Source of the DNA: Octopus vulgaris
Lineage: Eukaryota
Assembly: GCA_951406725.2 (NCBI GenBank)
Contig: OX597817.1
Location: forward strand, 144,770,001-144,834,000
Length of the DNA stretch: 64,000 nucleotides
Reading direction: 5' to 3'
In this document: positions 51,904 through 64,000 of the stretch, in pieces
Layout of the letters: each line of letters opens with the position of its first letter
Numbering within the stretch: position 1 is the stretch's first letter
Position numbers and translations under genes: made by a program
Notes under the pieces: generated by a model
What the model saw: only the letters and a program-made list of their open reading frames with translations
What the model was told of the DNA's origin: nothing
Database searches by the model: none

Positions 51904-54900
51904 ATATCTTGGAGCCAACAAAGGAAGCACTATAGAATCACTTAATATGTTAGAAATAGCAGGTCATGTCTTTCAAATCTTATGCTACTATCTTCAATAA
52001 TCAAGACACACTGGACAATATAGTCCCACTTATACAAAAAAATCAGGATGGTCAGTCGAAATGCATTTACTCTCACTCAAAAATAGATTCATTTCTATTA
52101 AATCTTGGAGATATGGCAGCCAGTTCATAATAGCTAAATATAGCAGCCTAAAATTACATGAAAAAAAGCAGGGAAGTCAAAGATAGCTTTACATATTATT
52201 TTGTATTTTTTGTTGGATTAAAAAATTGTTTTACTTGTTCAGAATTTGTGTGGCACCCCCAGATTTTAGAACCCTAGGTGATATTTTGCTTTGTCTAGTG
52301 TATAATAACAGCCTTCAAAATATTCTTTTCTACTCTAGGAATAAGGTCTGAAATTTTGGGGGAGGGGGCCAATTGATTAGGTCGACCCCAGTATGTAACT
52401 GGTACTTAATTTATTGACCCTGAAAGAATGAAAGAAAAAACCGACCACAGTGGAATTTGAACTCAGAACGTTAAGACAGCCTCCAAAATATTGTAAGATG
52501 ATTGGAAATTTTGCAAAGACATATCAAAAATTAATATTCTTTTCTGCACTAGGCACAAGACCTGAAATTTTGAGGGAGGGGCCATTCAATTAGATCGACC
52601 CAGTATGCAACTGGTACTTAATTTATCAATCCCAAATGAATGAAAGGCAAAGTCAACCTCGGTGGAATTTGAACTCAGAACATAAAGTATTCTTCAAAAT
52701 ATTGTAAGATGATTGGAAGTTTTGCAAAGATATGTCAAAAACTGTTATTATCAGCAGTATCATTTTGGCAAACATCTTTGTGGAATTTTTGGTTTGGCAC
52801 TGTAAATGGATGCATTTAGCGATTGCTTTTAATAGCAATAGTGAATGGCTTTTGATTTCTAAACATTTGTTATGCAGTGCTTGGTAAGAATATTTCATTT
52901 TTGTACTTAACCTGGTTTGCAAGATCCTTGATGGGAACTCAAGTGTTGTAATGTATTTAGTTATATTTTGCCAATAATAAACACACACTGGTTCTATTTC
53001 ACCTCTTTTGTTATTAATTATTAATTGGTTAGCTAATTAACCAGGAGTTGAGAGAGCATGTCATTGATGAGTTTGCAAATGGTGACGAAAAGATTTTAAG
53101 AAGCATAAGCAATTGATTGATTAATCAAATAATTGATTAGTCATTTGGTTAGATAGCTATAATCATCATCATCATCGATTAACGTCTGTTTTCCATGCTG
53201 GCATGGGTTGGATGGTTCGACCGGGGTCTGGGAAGCCAGGAGGCTGCACCAGGCTCCAGTGTGGTCTGGCAGTGTTTCTACAGCTGGATGTCCTTCCTAT
53301 CGCCAACCACTCCGTGAGTGTAGTGGGTGCTTTTTACATGCCACCGGCACAGGTGCCAGGCGAGGCTGGCAATGGCTACGATTGGTTGGTGCTTTTTACG
53401 TGCCACCGGCAAGGAAGCCAGTCGAGGCAGGCAACGGCCACGTTCAGATGGTGCTTTTTACGTGCCACTGGCACAGGTATCACAAGTACAATTTCCATTG
53501 ATTTTTTGATCAATTTCGATTTCACGATGAATAATGAAAGAAGTGAAATAGAACCAGTGCATGTATTTATTATCAGCATAATGATCCTCCCAAGATACAC
53601 TAAAATATGCTTGGTGAGAAATCATACTCAAAATCACTTCAAAATTATGATTTATTGTTGGAAACAAGCTGAGCTTAATTTGAAAAACAGTTGCTAGCGT
53701 TGAAGAAAACATTTCCTTTTGTCCATAAAACATCTGATTCTACTAGCTTGATAATTCCTGCATTATTGCAGTCCCAGTTGCTTCAAATTAGAATTTGAAA
53801 GGTGAACTCCTGCCTTTGATTACTCCTGTTGCATGCATTGATCTGAAATTTAATGATATATTTGACATGTCTTCAACATATTGAATATTCATTGGTTTTA
53901 GAATTACGATTGGCCAACTTATACAACCAGCAGAATCTTGGCATTGGTTGTCACTTGATATTGCAAAACCAAAATCAATTACTAACATAGGCACAGGTAT
54001 GGGTATCATCATCATCGTTTAACGTCCGTTTTCCATTCTAGTATGGGTTGGATGGTTCGACCGGGGTCTGGGAAGCCAGGAGGCTGCACCAGGCTTCAGT
54101 CTAATCTGGCAGTGTTTCTACAGCTGGATGCCCTTCCTAATGCCAACCACTCCGAGAGTGTAGTGGGTGCTTTTTATGTGCCACCAAGCAGGTGCCAGGG
54201 GAGGCTAACAATGGCCACGATTGGTTGGTGCTTTTTACGTGCCACCGGCACAGGTATCACAACTACAATTTCCATTTAATTTTTTTTTTTTTTTGATGTT
54301 GATGTACTTGACTCAATAGGTCTCCTCAAGCACAGCAGGCCATCCTGCGATCCAAGGCACTTTGGATGGGCTGGGGCTTCTATGTGAAGCTGGTGCAGGA
54401 AACAGCCATGAACTCACATTATTTGTCGGGTCTTCGCAGTCACAGCATATCTCCAGAGGTCTCAGTCTTTCGTCATTGCCTCTGTGGTTGAAAAATTTGC
54501 TTCTGAACCATGTAGCCTCAGGTTCAAACCCACTCTGTAGCATCTTGAGCAGCTATCTTCTACTATAGACCCAAATCAACAAAGTCTTTGGAAGTGCATT
54601 TGATAGACAGAAACTGAAAGATGTGTGTCTACTTTGATATTCATTAGGGTTGTAAATGAGCATCACCATCACACAAGTGGTGTTGTTTGCTTGCAATCTT
54701 CTATGAAAAACATGTCCAGCCATGGGGAAATATTACCTTGTCTAGAAACAGGTGAGGGTTAGTGATAGGAAGAGCATCCAGCTATAGAAAATCTACCTCA
54801 ACAAATTCCATCTGACCCATGCAAGCATGGAAAAGGTAGATGTTAAATGATTAGGAATGAATAATGAAAATAGATAACTCTGATGTATTGACTTGTGTAT

Positions 54901-55039
54901 TTGACTAAAATTATTAGTTCCTAACACACCTTTACAAAATGTCCTACCATCTTACCATTAGAATATCATTTATCGACAGCACTATTTCATTTCTTACCAT
55001 GTAAAGTTTTTGATCTCTGAGCATCAAGACCATAATTAT

Positions 55040-55470
55040 GTCTACCATGTGTTAATGTATGGAAGTGAGGCATGGTCTATAACATCAGGGATGGGAAGGT
55101 ACCTGGGGAGCTGTGAAATGTGGTTGTTAAGGAGAATATTGAGGATAGCATGGACAAACAAAGTATCTAATGATGAAGTGATAATCTGGGCTGCGATAAA
55201 TAGGAAACTGCTCTGTGAGATAAGGGCCAAGCAACTGAGATTTCTTGGTCATGTGATGAGCAAAAGAGGGTTTGGAGAATTTAGCGATGATTGGAAAGAC
55301 TGAAGGGAGAAGAAAGAGAGGAAAGAGAAGGATGATATGAATGTCAAGCTTTGAGGAATTGGTTGGAAGGAATAGACATTAAACATCAGGAAGAGGAACT
55401 GTTACAGAAAACAAAGAACAGAGATTTGTGACAAAATATGATTGCCTATCTCTTACTTTCTGGACATGGC
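55040..55470 (+). mobile_element. Degenerate RTE-like LINE ORF2 C-terminal fragment (second family)
   Basis: VLMYGSEAWS...CEMWLLRRILRIAWTNKVSNDEV...KQLRFLGHVM, then a frameshift to LENLAMIGKTEGRRKRGKRR. Confidence 0.85.
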
Positions 55471-55840
55471 ACCCAAAAAAAGATTTTGATTTCATAACAA
55501 ATACACAAGGTTTTACCTGTATTAAAGTTGATTTTTCAACAGCAACATAATTTTTACATGAGTTCATATATTATCCTTTCATGTTTGCTTTAAGAAAATC
55601 AACTTTATTTTATCAACCCTAAAAGAATAAAAGGCCAAGTTGACCTTAGTGGAATTTGAACTCAGAATGTAAAGAGTGAGAAGTAATGCTGTCACGTATT
55701 TTGTCAGATACACTAATGATTCTGAGAGTTACATTGGCCAATTGCTGCAAGAAACTAGGATAAATCTTCAGTTTAATGGATGGTCATGTTTACTGGATCT
55801 CATTTGTTGGGGAAGAACTACATTATCCAACATAATTGTT

Positions 55841-56300
55841 TTAACCCTTTTGTTACCATATTTCTGTTGAGATGCTCCGTGTTTCTTTCAATTAATTTTA
55901 AATTTAGTAAAATAACTTAGTTACCATTAAGCTAATGTTAGGAACATAAATTGTGACTAAGGTTTGGTGGAAGATTTTAATTCAGAACTTTTGAAAATGA
56001 GACATTTGTTCTACAGAGCCAGAGGTAGTTTCAGCCAGGTTGGTATCAAAAGGATTAGATTAATCATATGTTAAGCCTTTTGTTACCGTATTTCTGGTGA
56101 GATGCTCTGTGTTTCTTTTAATTAATTTTAAATATAACAAAGAATTTAGTAAAATAACTTAGTTATCATTAAACTAGTGTTAGAAACATAAAGCATGACT
56201 AAGGTTTGGTGGAAGATTTTAATTCAAAACTTTTGAAAACAAGACATTTGTACTACAGAGCCAAAGGTGGTTTCAGCCAAGTTGGTATCAAAAAGGTTAA
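55841..56300 (+). repeat. Two tandem copies of the same piggyBac-like MITE (a partial minus-strand copy lies at 31877-32059)
   Basis: ttaacccttttgttacc...ggtatcaaaa(a)gg; bounded by TTAA. Confidence 0.85.
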
Positions 56301-56659
56301 TATATATATATATATGCACTTTTCACTCTTTGATGATAATTTCTCAACATAAGGAAAATAAACTTAGAAGCAATTCTCTCCCCTTAAGTAGCAATCTCTA
56401 GTAATTCTACCATGTGTTTTAATATTATGTTTATTATGTTCTGATGTCATTTATACTTGTCATCTAGCAGAATGTGTACGTCTAAAAAGTTTACTTAGAA
56501 CTGCTAAACAAACATACTTTATCTGAAGAACTATGGCTAATTTTATGAATATTTGGTGATTATTAGAAATCACATTGATTTAAACATGTGGATTTTTACA
56601 ATGTCTAGCATTTGATTGGATAGAAATCCTGAATTCAAAACCTCTACCACTTATGAATG

Positions 56660-56832
56660 CAGATATAAAACCAAAAAGCAGTGCAGCACCCATGACCTCG
56701 TAACAGGATGAAAGGTCTGTAGCATTTGAGGGGTGCAGGTTTCATCCCTTACATTAAATTATTCATCGAAGGAAAAACCAAGACTTCGAATATTTTCAAA
56801 CAGCATAAATCTTTTTATTTTTTCTGGATTTG

Positions 56833-56876
<44 letters not shown>

Positions 56877-57445
56877 ATATATTTCCTTCAGGGCAAACTT
56901 GTAGCCTTGGAGCTAGTCGCTGTAGTTAAGTGGTGTGAACCAAATCCTGTTTTGTTCCAGCATAGTGTAGCTTTGCCATGTGGTGGCAGCTTGGGATAGC
57001 TGTGATAACGTGTCCGTTTAATTCGGCTGTCAGCTTCGAGAGATATCGATGCAGCGGGGAATCTTGCTGCTGCTAGTTCTCTGCGCATGCGCATGAGGGA
57101 ACTTCCAGCAGGCCTCCCCGAAGAATCCAACTCTGCACATGCGTGTTGAAGCCTTCCAAAACGGCGTCACTACAACCTTCAGAAACATTTTCTCACATAC
57201 AGAATAATCAAAGCATGGAATAAACCGTCCTCATCAGTTGTTTGCTGTCAAGGCACTGTATTCCTGACATGCCTATGCATTCTTTCCTCCTCTTTATGGT
57301 TCTTTTATTGTTCACCTTTCTATCTTTTTGTGCTTCATCCTGTGACCTGTGCTGTCTTCTTTGACCTTTGATGCATTATCTCCCCTTTTTTCACTCATTT
57401 GCAACAGGTTGTAGTGCACCTGTGTACAATAAGCTCATTATTATA
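56660..57445 (+). mobile_element. CR1-like LINE 3' end, interrupted by a solo LTR
   Basis: gcagcacccatgacct...tcagaaacattttctcacatacagaataatcaaagcatggaataaa aligns with the 41972-42330 CR1 copy once 56699-57178 is removed. Confidence 0.65.
56699..57174 (-). mobile_element. Probable solo LTR (Gypsy-like, 4-bp TSD ACCT)
   Basis: Minus-strand termini TGTAGT...GTTACG (CA to CG change); ACCT at 56695-56698 and 57175-57178; CpG-rich U3-like part, (TA)n at a TATA-like position, then AATAAA and a T-rich U5-like end. Confidence 0.6.
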
Positions 57446-58021
57446 GCTTGGATGTAAATATTGTAAATATACACTCTAAATATAAACAGTCTAAAGCAAA
57501 TTATAATTTTATAAACTGTAGTTGAAAATTCCCGATGGAATTGTAGATATTGACAATAATCCATTTCCAATATCACGTAATTTATTATATTTTCCCTATG
57601 CTAACTGGCATATACATTTTCTTTCATTTTATCTTTTCAAATATATTACATTTGAAAAGATAAAATGAGAGAAAATGTATTTGCAAGCTAACATATGAAA
57701 AATATATTATATTTGAGCATGTTGAAGCTTTTAACTTTGCAGAAAAAAAAGTAACACCATAGAAAAACAATTTCTTTTTATATCCAGTGAGTTTTGGTGA
57801 GGAAAGGAAAGAATTAGTTAGCTGACTGAATAACAGAATTATTTCATTGGTGCTAGAGATTTGAAATGTGAGGCAATTTAGGAAATAAAATACTGTAAAC
57901 AAAGTAATATGATTTTCTATCTTCTGTAATAAAGAAATATGTGTCCACCTGTACTCATGTAATCCCTTGTGTATTGGACCACATTCTCTCCTCTTTAGAA
58001 CATAATTCTTTAATTATTTGG

Positions 58022-58065
<44 letters not shown>

Positions 58066-58411
58066 TATATCATGAAAACCATGCCAAAACAGACCTCACC
58101 AGTGCTGGTGTCACATAAAAAGCACCCGATCCACTCTTTAAAGTAGCTGACCTTAGAAAGGGCATTCAGCTGTAAAAATCATGCCAAAACATATAATTGG
58201 AGTTTGGTGCAGTCCTCTGGCTTAACAGCTCCTGTCAAACCATCAAACCCATGCCAGCATGGGAAACAGATGTTAAATGATGATGATGTATTGATGTATA
58301 TATATATACATATTCGCTCTCTTGTGTGACTCTTCTGTCTGAAGTCAGTCGCCATGATAGATTGTTAGCTACTACACACATTTTTTTCTCTCCTTGTTTT
58401 TTTCTGTGTCC

Positions 58412-58447
58412 CTTTCTGTAGAAGAGCGTAGGCTCGAAACGTAAAAG
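58412..58447 (+). ncRNA. Minimal hammerhead-like motif (core variant) inside a Penelope-derived repeat at about 58340-58545
   Basis: cttt CTGTAGA a-gagc-gtag-gctc GAAAC GTA aaag; palindromic ACGT stem III; A6 replaced by U. Confidence 0.5.
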
Positions 58448-58566
58448 ACTTTTTCTATTCCTGAGCATTATACTAATACATCTGTTTGTTTTGTACACCA
58501 CCTGTCTTTGTCTTTTGTTTTTTTCGTAAACTCTCCCTATGTATATATTTATATATATACATATGT

Positions 58567-58902
58567 GAAGGCACATGGCTCAGTGGTTAGAGCATCAAGC
58601 TTATGATCGTGAGGTTGTGAGTTTGATTCCTGGACTGGGCTGCGTGCTGCATTCTTGAGCAAGACACTTTATTTCATGTTGCTTCAGTTCACTCAGCTGT
58701 AGAAATGAGTTGCGACATCACTTGTGCCAAGCTGTATTGGCCCCTTTGCCTTTGCGTTGGATAGCATTAGTGGCATGGAGAAGAGAGGCTGGTATGCATG
58801 GGTGACTACTGGTCTTCCATAAACAACCTTGCCCGGACTTGTGCCTCGGAGGGAAACTTTGTAGGTGTAATCCCATGGTCATTCATGACTGAAGGGGGTC
58901 TC
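58567..58902 (+). mobile_element. Related tRNA-derived SINE (degenerate relatives at about 9112-9380, 34100-34340, 44470-44690)
   Basis: gaaggcacatggctcagtggttagagc...gagtttgattcc...cttgagcaagacactttatttca...cactcagctg. Confidence 0.65.
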
Positions 58903-60301
58903 GATATATGTATATACATATGTATACATACACGCACGCACACATTTAGATATACATATATCTAAATGATGATATAAGAGAGTTGGTTTGTGTTCTGTCG
59001 TTGATGCAGGGTCTGTTGAAAGTATAAAATGTTTTGTCCCATTAAAAAATGCAAATGTGTAATAATTATATTGTCAATTAGAAATACTGAGACAGCAAGC
59101 ATTAGAAGTTAAAGCCAACTGCCGATCCTGTATTCAAATCCTTACTCGTTTACTTTCTAATTACTTTGTGCACAATCTTCAACAATCTTTTGATTCTTAA
59201 AAATTGTCTGAAGAGAAAATTTTTTAAAAAATATCAAATGACTTGGAAGATGAGGTGGAGAGATAACTAATCTCTCAACCTCACCCTGAAAGAAAATGCT
59301 AATGAGGGTCAAAGAAAGAGCAGTTAGAAGACTCGGAACTAAACAATCTATGCCAAAATTGGGAAATTGATCTTACATTAGTGATAATAACAGTGTTGAT
59401 TTCATGATAAAAAACAAAATGTCTGTATTTGAATTATTTATTTATTGTTATATTACTATTTGTTCATATAATACATTATTTACCGAATATATATTCTGCT
59501 TTTTGTTTTCTCAGTGCAATCTAATTCTTGTCATTAGTTGTAAAATTAGTCATGATATCTTTGTGGTTTGGCTAAAGTTACATTCCTATCAGCAAGCATA
59601 TGATTAGAAATTTGCTGCTAATGACTTAATTAACACTCTGTATAAAGACTCTAACACTGTTGTCTCTTTCATAACGTACACGAGACTTTGGAATATGTGT
59701 ATATGTTTATGTCACCAACATTTCACTTGAAGCTGATTTTGTCTCTGCCGATTCTAATCTTAAATCTTCTGGAGATATATGTTTCCCCTTCATTTCAAAT
59801 ATTTTGAATTACGAAACGTCCCTTTCAATAAACTCTGATCTCTCGTTGTTTATTGCCATAACAAGAACACTCAGGTAAGTTTATCTTTTGCAAGCATCAA
59901 GTTATTTGTTCACATAACACCAAAGATTTCATTTTGTTAGCTTATCTAATGATGATGGACAGTACCAAGAGACTTCTTCGATCTTTTTAGATTTTGAAAA
60001 TAAGACGAATGGGTAATGTTCCTTTATTTGAATTGTAGATTAATGTATGTTATTCATGGACAGGAATGGTGAGTGCTTCAAAGAAGTGTAAATCTACAAA
60101 ATAGAGAAAATTGAGTATGAAATGAAGAATTTAAAGGAAGTAATTGTCAGTAAAGAAGTAGATGGTGTTTAAGTAATTGAAGTATAAAATCTGTAAGTTA
60201 CGAAACCATTGTAGAAGTGATGGCAGAGAAAAGAAATAGGAAATTTTTTTTTTATTGTCACTTTGCAATTGAAGAGTGGTATACAAAACTGAAGACTTAA
60301 A

Positions 60302-61255
60302 CCCTTTTGTTACTGTATTTATTCTGAGATGCTTTGTGTGTTCTTTCTATTACTTTAAATATAACAAAGAATTTAGTAAAATAACTTTATCATTCAGCTA
60401 GTGTTAGGGACATAAATTGTGACTAAGGTTTGGTGGAGGATTTTAATTCAGAACTTTTGGAAACAAGACATTTGTACTACAGAGCCAGAGCCAGTTTCAG
60501 CCAGGTTGGTATCAAAAGGGTTAAAAGTATCATGTTGACTTGAAACCCTTTTGTTATCATATTTCTGTTGAGATGCCCTGTGTTTCTTTCAATTAGTTTT
60601 AAATATAACAAAGAATTTAGTAAAATAACTTAGTTATCATTGAGCTAGTGTTAGGAACATAAATTGTGACTAAAGTTTGGTAGACTTTAATTCAGAACTT
60701 ATGAAAACAAGACATTTGTACCACAGAGCCAGAGGTGGTTTCAGCTGGATTGGTATCAAAAGGGTTAAATTAATCATTTGTTAACCTTTTTGTTACCATA
60801 TTTCTGTTGAGATGCTCTGTTTTCCTTTCAATTACTTTAAATATAACAAAGAATTCAGAAAAATAACTTAGTTACCATTAAGCTGGTGTTAGAAACATAA
60901 ATTGCGACTAAGGTTTGGTGGAAGATTTTAATTCAGAACTTTTGAAAACAAAACATTTGTACTGAGAGCCAGAGCCAGTTTTATCCGGGTTGGTATCAAA
61001 AAAGGTTAAAAATATCATGGTGACTTGAAACCCTTTTGTTACCATATTTCTGTTGAGATGCTCTGTGTTTCTTTCAATTAATTTCAAATATAACATAGAA
61101 TTTAGTAAAATAATTTAGTTATCATTGAACTAGTGTTAGGAATATAAATTGTGACTAAGGTTTGGTGGAAGATTTTAATTCAGAACCTATGAAAACAAGA
61201 TATTTGTACTACCGAGCCAGAGGTGGTTTCAGCCGGGTTGGTAACGAAAGGATAA
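60302..61255 (+). repeat. Tandem array of four ~220-bp piggyBac-like MITEs
   Basis: Each unit is bounded by variants of CCCTTTTGTTACC...GGTATCAAAAGGG, mostly next to TTAA; units start at about 60302, 60546, 60785 and 61031. Confidence 0.85.
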
Positions 61256-62179
61256 CTGTCAACTGAATGGCTTTTTGTTTTCTATCCCAGCTCCCTCTGT
61301 CAAAGATGCATGAGCAATATTTAAGCCAGGGGAATATTTTGTTATTGTGGCACATAATAAGCCCCATTTGAGTGTAAGTCGATGCTAGTGCTGCCCCACT
61401 GGCTCCACGTGCCGGTGATACATAAAAGCACTATGCAAACGTGGTTGATGTCAGTGCCCACCGACTGGCTCCCTTACTGGTGGCACATGAAAAGCACCAT
61501 CTAAATGTGGTCAATGCCAGAGCCCACCAACTGGCTCCTGTGCAAGTGGTGCGTAAAAAGCACCCACTACACTCTCGGAGTGGTTGGCATTAAGAAGAGC
61601 ATCCAACCATAGAAACTGTGCCAGATCAGAGTGGAGCCTGGTGCAGTCTCCTGGTTTGCCAGTCCTCAGTCAAACCTTCCAACCCATACCATCATGGAAA
61701 ACGAATGATAAATGATGATGATGATGAAATCATTTGTCATTTGCATGGTATTGTTTCAAGGTCATCTTTTATTTATAAAAGTGCATTCACACTGAAAGTT
61801 TCTCATCTAGAACAATTCTCTTTTCTTTCTGTGATATTAGTCGATGTAGAAAATATCATTTCAACTCGCACTGAGTGGAAAGAAACATTTGTCATTAATT
61901 TTGTCAAATATAATTTGTATTCACTTTGGCACTTTTCTTGCAAAATATTTTACTAATGTCTTTCCCTTTCTAACACAAATGGTGTTTTATACAATAGCAT
62001 ATATCATTAATAAGCAGACACTGTACTGTGTGCCAAAAAAAGTGAGATTTAAATATTGTACTCTTAAGGACCATAACTTATGCATTCTCTTTAAAACGTG
62101 ATATATATATATATATATGAATTTTTTGCGTAATGAGATAAAAAAAACCAAGGCTGTATAGAGCATTTATAGATAGAAG

Positions 62180-62231
62180 GTCTTACAGCTGTTTCTAGGA
62201 TATTTATTAATAATATCCCTTCATCAGAGAC
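62180..62231 (-). ncRNA. Minimal type I hammerhead ribozyme motif (Penelope-type)
   Basis: Minus strand: gtct CTGATGA ag-ggatatt-attaata-aatatcc-ta GAAAC AGCT GTA agac. Core intact, 4-bp stem I, 7-bp stem II, palindromic loop III. Confidence 0.75.
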
Positions 62232-62818
62232 GGTGTGAGAGGAAAAATTAAGTCATAGTTAGTTTCGATGTGATAGAAATAGAGAGTGAGGTGGAGGAAA
62301 GAAAATAGATGTAAGATTTGTATGGTTATTGAATTCGTAAATCCGTTTTATAGGCATAATGGTATATATGTGTAATATTCCAATATCCTTTGAGTAAAAT
62401 CCAAAAGTCCAACAGAGTTTAATATGAGGCCATATGTACATATATACACACACATCATCATCATCATCATCTGTTTTCCATGCTAGCATGGGTTGGACAG
62501 TTTGCCTGAGGACTGGCAAGCCAGTAGGCTACACCAGGCTCCAATTGTATCATTATATATTCTTTTATTCAACAAGACATTGTGTTTATCCAAAATGGAG
62601 ACAAACACCATTCCTCCATATGATCAGCTTGAGAAAATGCTAAGATGTTTTCCTATTTTTCTTAACATGGAACCAATGGTAGCCTAAATTCTCAAATAAA
62701 GAAACTCTATCCACCAACGTGGTGTTGAGCACTCATTTTCATCATTCGACATTTACATATGTACACACACATATATTTGCCATGTTGGACCTCTGAACAC
62801 TACACGTTTTTTCATTCC

Positions 62819-63237
62819 TTACTCTTTACTCTTTTACTTGTTTCAGTCATTTGACTGCGGCCATGCTGCAGCACCGCCTTTAATCGAGCAACTCGACCCC
62901 GATACTTATTCTTTTGTAAGCCCAGTACTTATTCTATCGGTCTCTTTTGCCGAACCGCTAAGTAACGGGGGACATAATCACACCAGCATCGGTTGTCAAG
63001 CAATGCTAGGGGGACAAACACAGACACACAAACACACACATGCATATATATATATATATATATACACATATATACGACGGGCTTCTTTCAGTTTCCGTTT
63101 ACCAAATCCACTCACAAGGCTTTGGTCGGCCCTAGGCTATAGTAGAAGACACTTGCCCAAGGTGCCACGCAGTGGGACTGAACCTGGAACCATGTGGTTG
63201 GTAAACAAGCTACTTACCACACAGCCACTCCTGCGCC
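62819..63237 (-). mobile_element. Full-length tRNA-derived CORE-like SINE (family A), young copy
   Basis: Head ggcgcaggagtggctgtgtggtaag...ggttcagtcccact (A/B boxes), CORE-like ggcaccttgggcaagtg, internal TA/TG microsatellite, tail (gagtaaaa)n. Confidence 0.85.
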
Positions 63238-63395
63238 TTCTCTATTTATTTCTTCTTATTCTTTTCTATCAAAGAGTATAGGTTTGAAATGTAAAAAACT
63301 TTTCCATTTTTCTCCTGCATCAAACTAATACTGTTGCTTGTTGTCCCTACACCTGTCTTTGTCTTTTGTTTTTCTATAAATTTAAACTATATATA

Positions 63396-63973
63396 GGTGC
63401 AGAAGTGGCTGTGTAGTAAGCAGCTTGCTTACCAACCACATGGTTCCAGTTTCAGTCCCACTGCATGGCACCTTGGGCAAGTGTCTTCTACTATAGCCTA
63501 GGGCTGACCAAAGCCTTGTGAGTGGATTTGGTAGTTGGAAACTGAAAGAAGCCCATTGTGTATATGTATATGTATGTAAAAAGGAAGAGTCAAAAGGAAG
63601 AGTAATTATGGTTAGGCAGCTTTTTAATCGCTACAAATGTTTTGATACATACAGATTCCCTTATATACAGGGTTTAAAGTTAAGTTCATTTGCAAATTCT
63701 AAGGGTGAATGAGCTCTATTTCTACTCCTATACGTTCTTAACAGAAAACACCTCAACTGATTATGTGTGTGTGTGTATATGTTTGTGTGTCTGTGTTTGT
63801 CCTCCCAACATCGCTTGACAACTGATGGTGGTGTGTTTACGTCCCCGTAACTTAGTGGTTCAGCAAAAGAGACTGATAGAATAAGTACTAGGCTTACAAA
63901 GAATAAGTTCTGGGGTCGATTTGCTCAACTAAAGGCATGGCCACAGTCAAACGACTGAAACAAGTAAAAGAGT
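63396..63973 (+). mobile_element. SINE family A split by ~200 bp of unrelated sequence in its microsatellite
   Basis: Head and core at 63396-63560; tail at 63765-63973. Confidence 0.75.
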
Positions 63974-64000
63974 ATATATATATATATATATCTTATTATA

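Noticed and set aside
56888-57130. 80-aa minus-strand ORF in GC-rich sequence
   Set aside because: It lies inside the putative solo LTR, starts at TTG and has no recognisable domain.

Overview
Eukaryotic, AT-rich, microsatellite-laden and repeat-dense DNA. The repeat families (tRNA-derived SINEs, RTE LINEs with (GAT)n tails, TTAA-bounded MITEs, Penelope-derived palindromes) suggest an octopus-type cephalopod genome; this is inferred from recall, not from a search. The only host coding sequence I can support is one 114-bp + strand exon (46244-46357) of a MAGI-family scaffold gene (PDZ0 to guanylate-kinase junction). The rest of the window is therefore most likely two very long introns. These introns contain about four SINE families, two RTE LINE remnants carrying a PHD finger inside ORF2, other LINE fragments (RTE, CR1, R4/Dong-like, Tx1/L1-like), hAT and piggyBac MITEs, a Helentron-like element and a solo LTR. 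The most notable structural signals are: at least five Penelope-type minimal hammerhead ribozyme motifs; tandem arrays of a compact H-type-pseudoknot-like unit in the RTE 3' UTR; a foldback made of two mariner 3' ends enclosing a LINE fragment; a higher-order tandem array of a piggyBac MITE; and several long hairpins. Nearly all ORFs in the supplied track are artefacts of repeats. Repeat boundaries were read by eye and are approximate.
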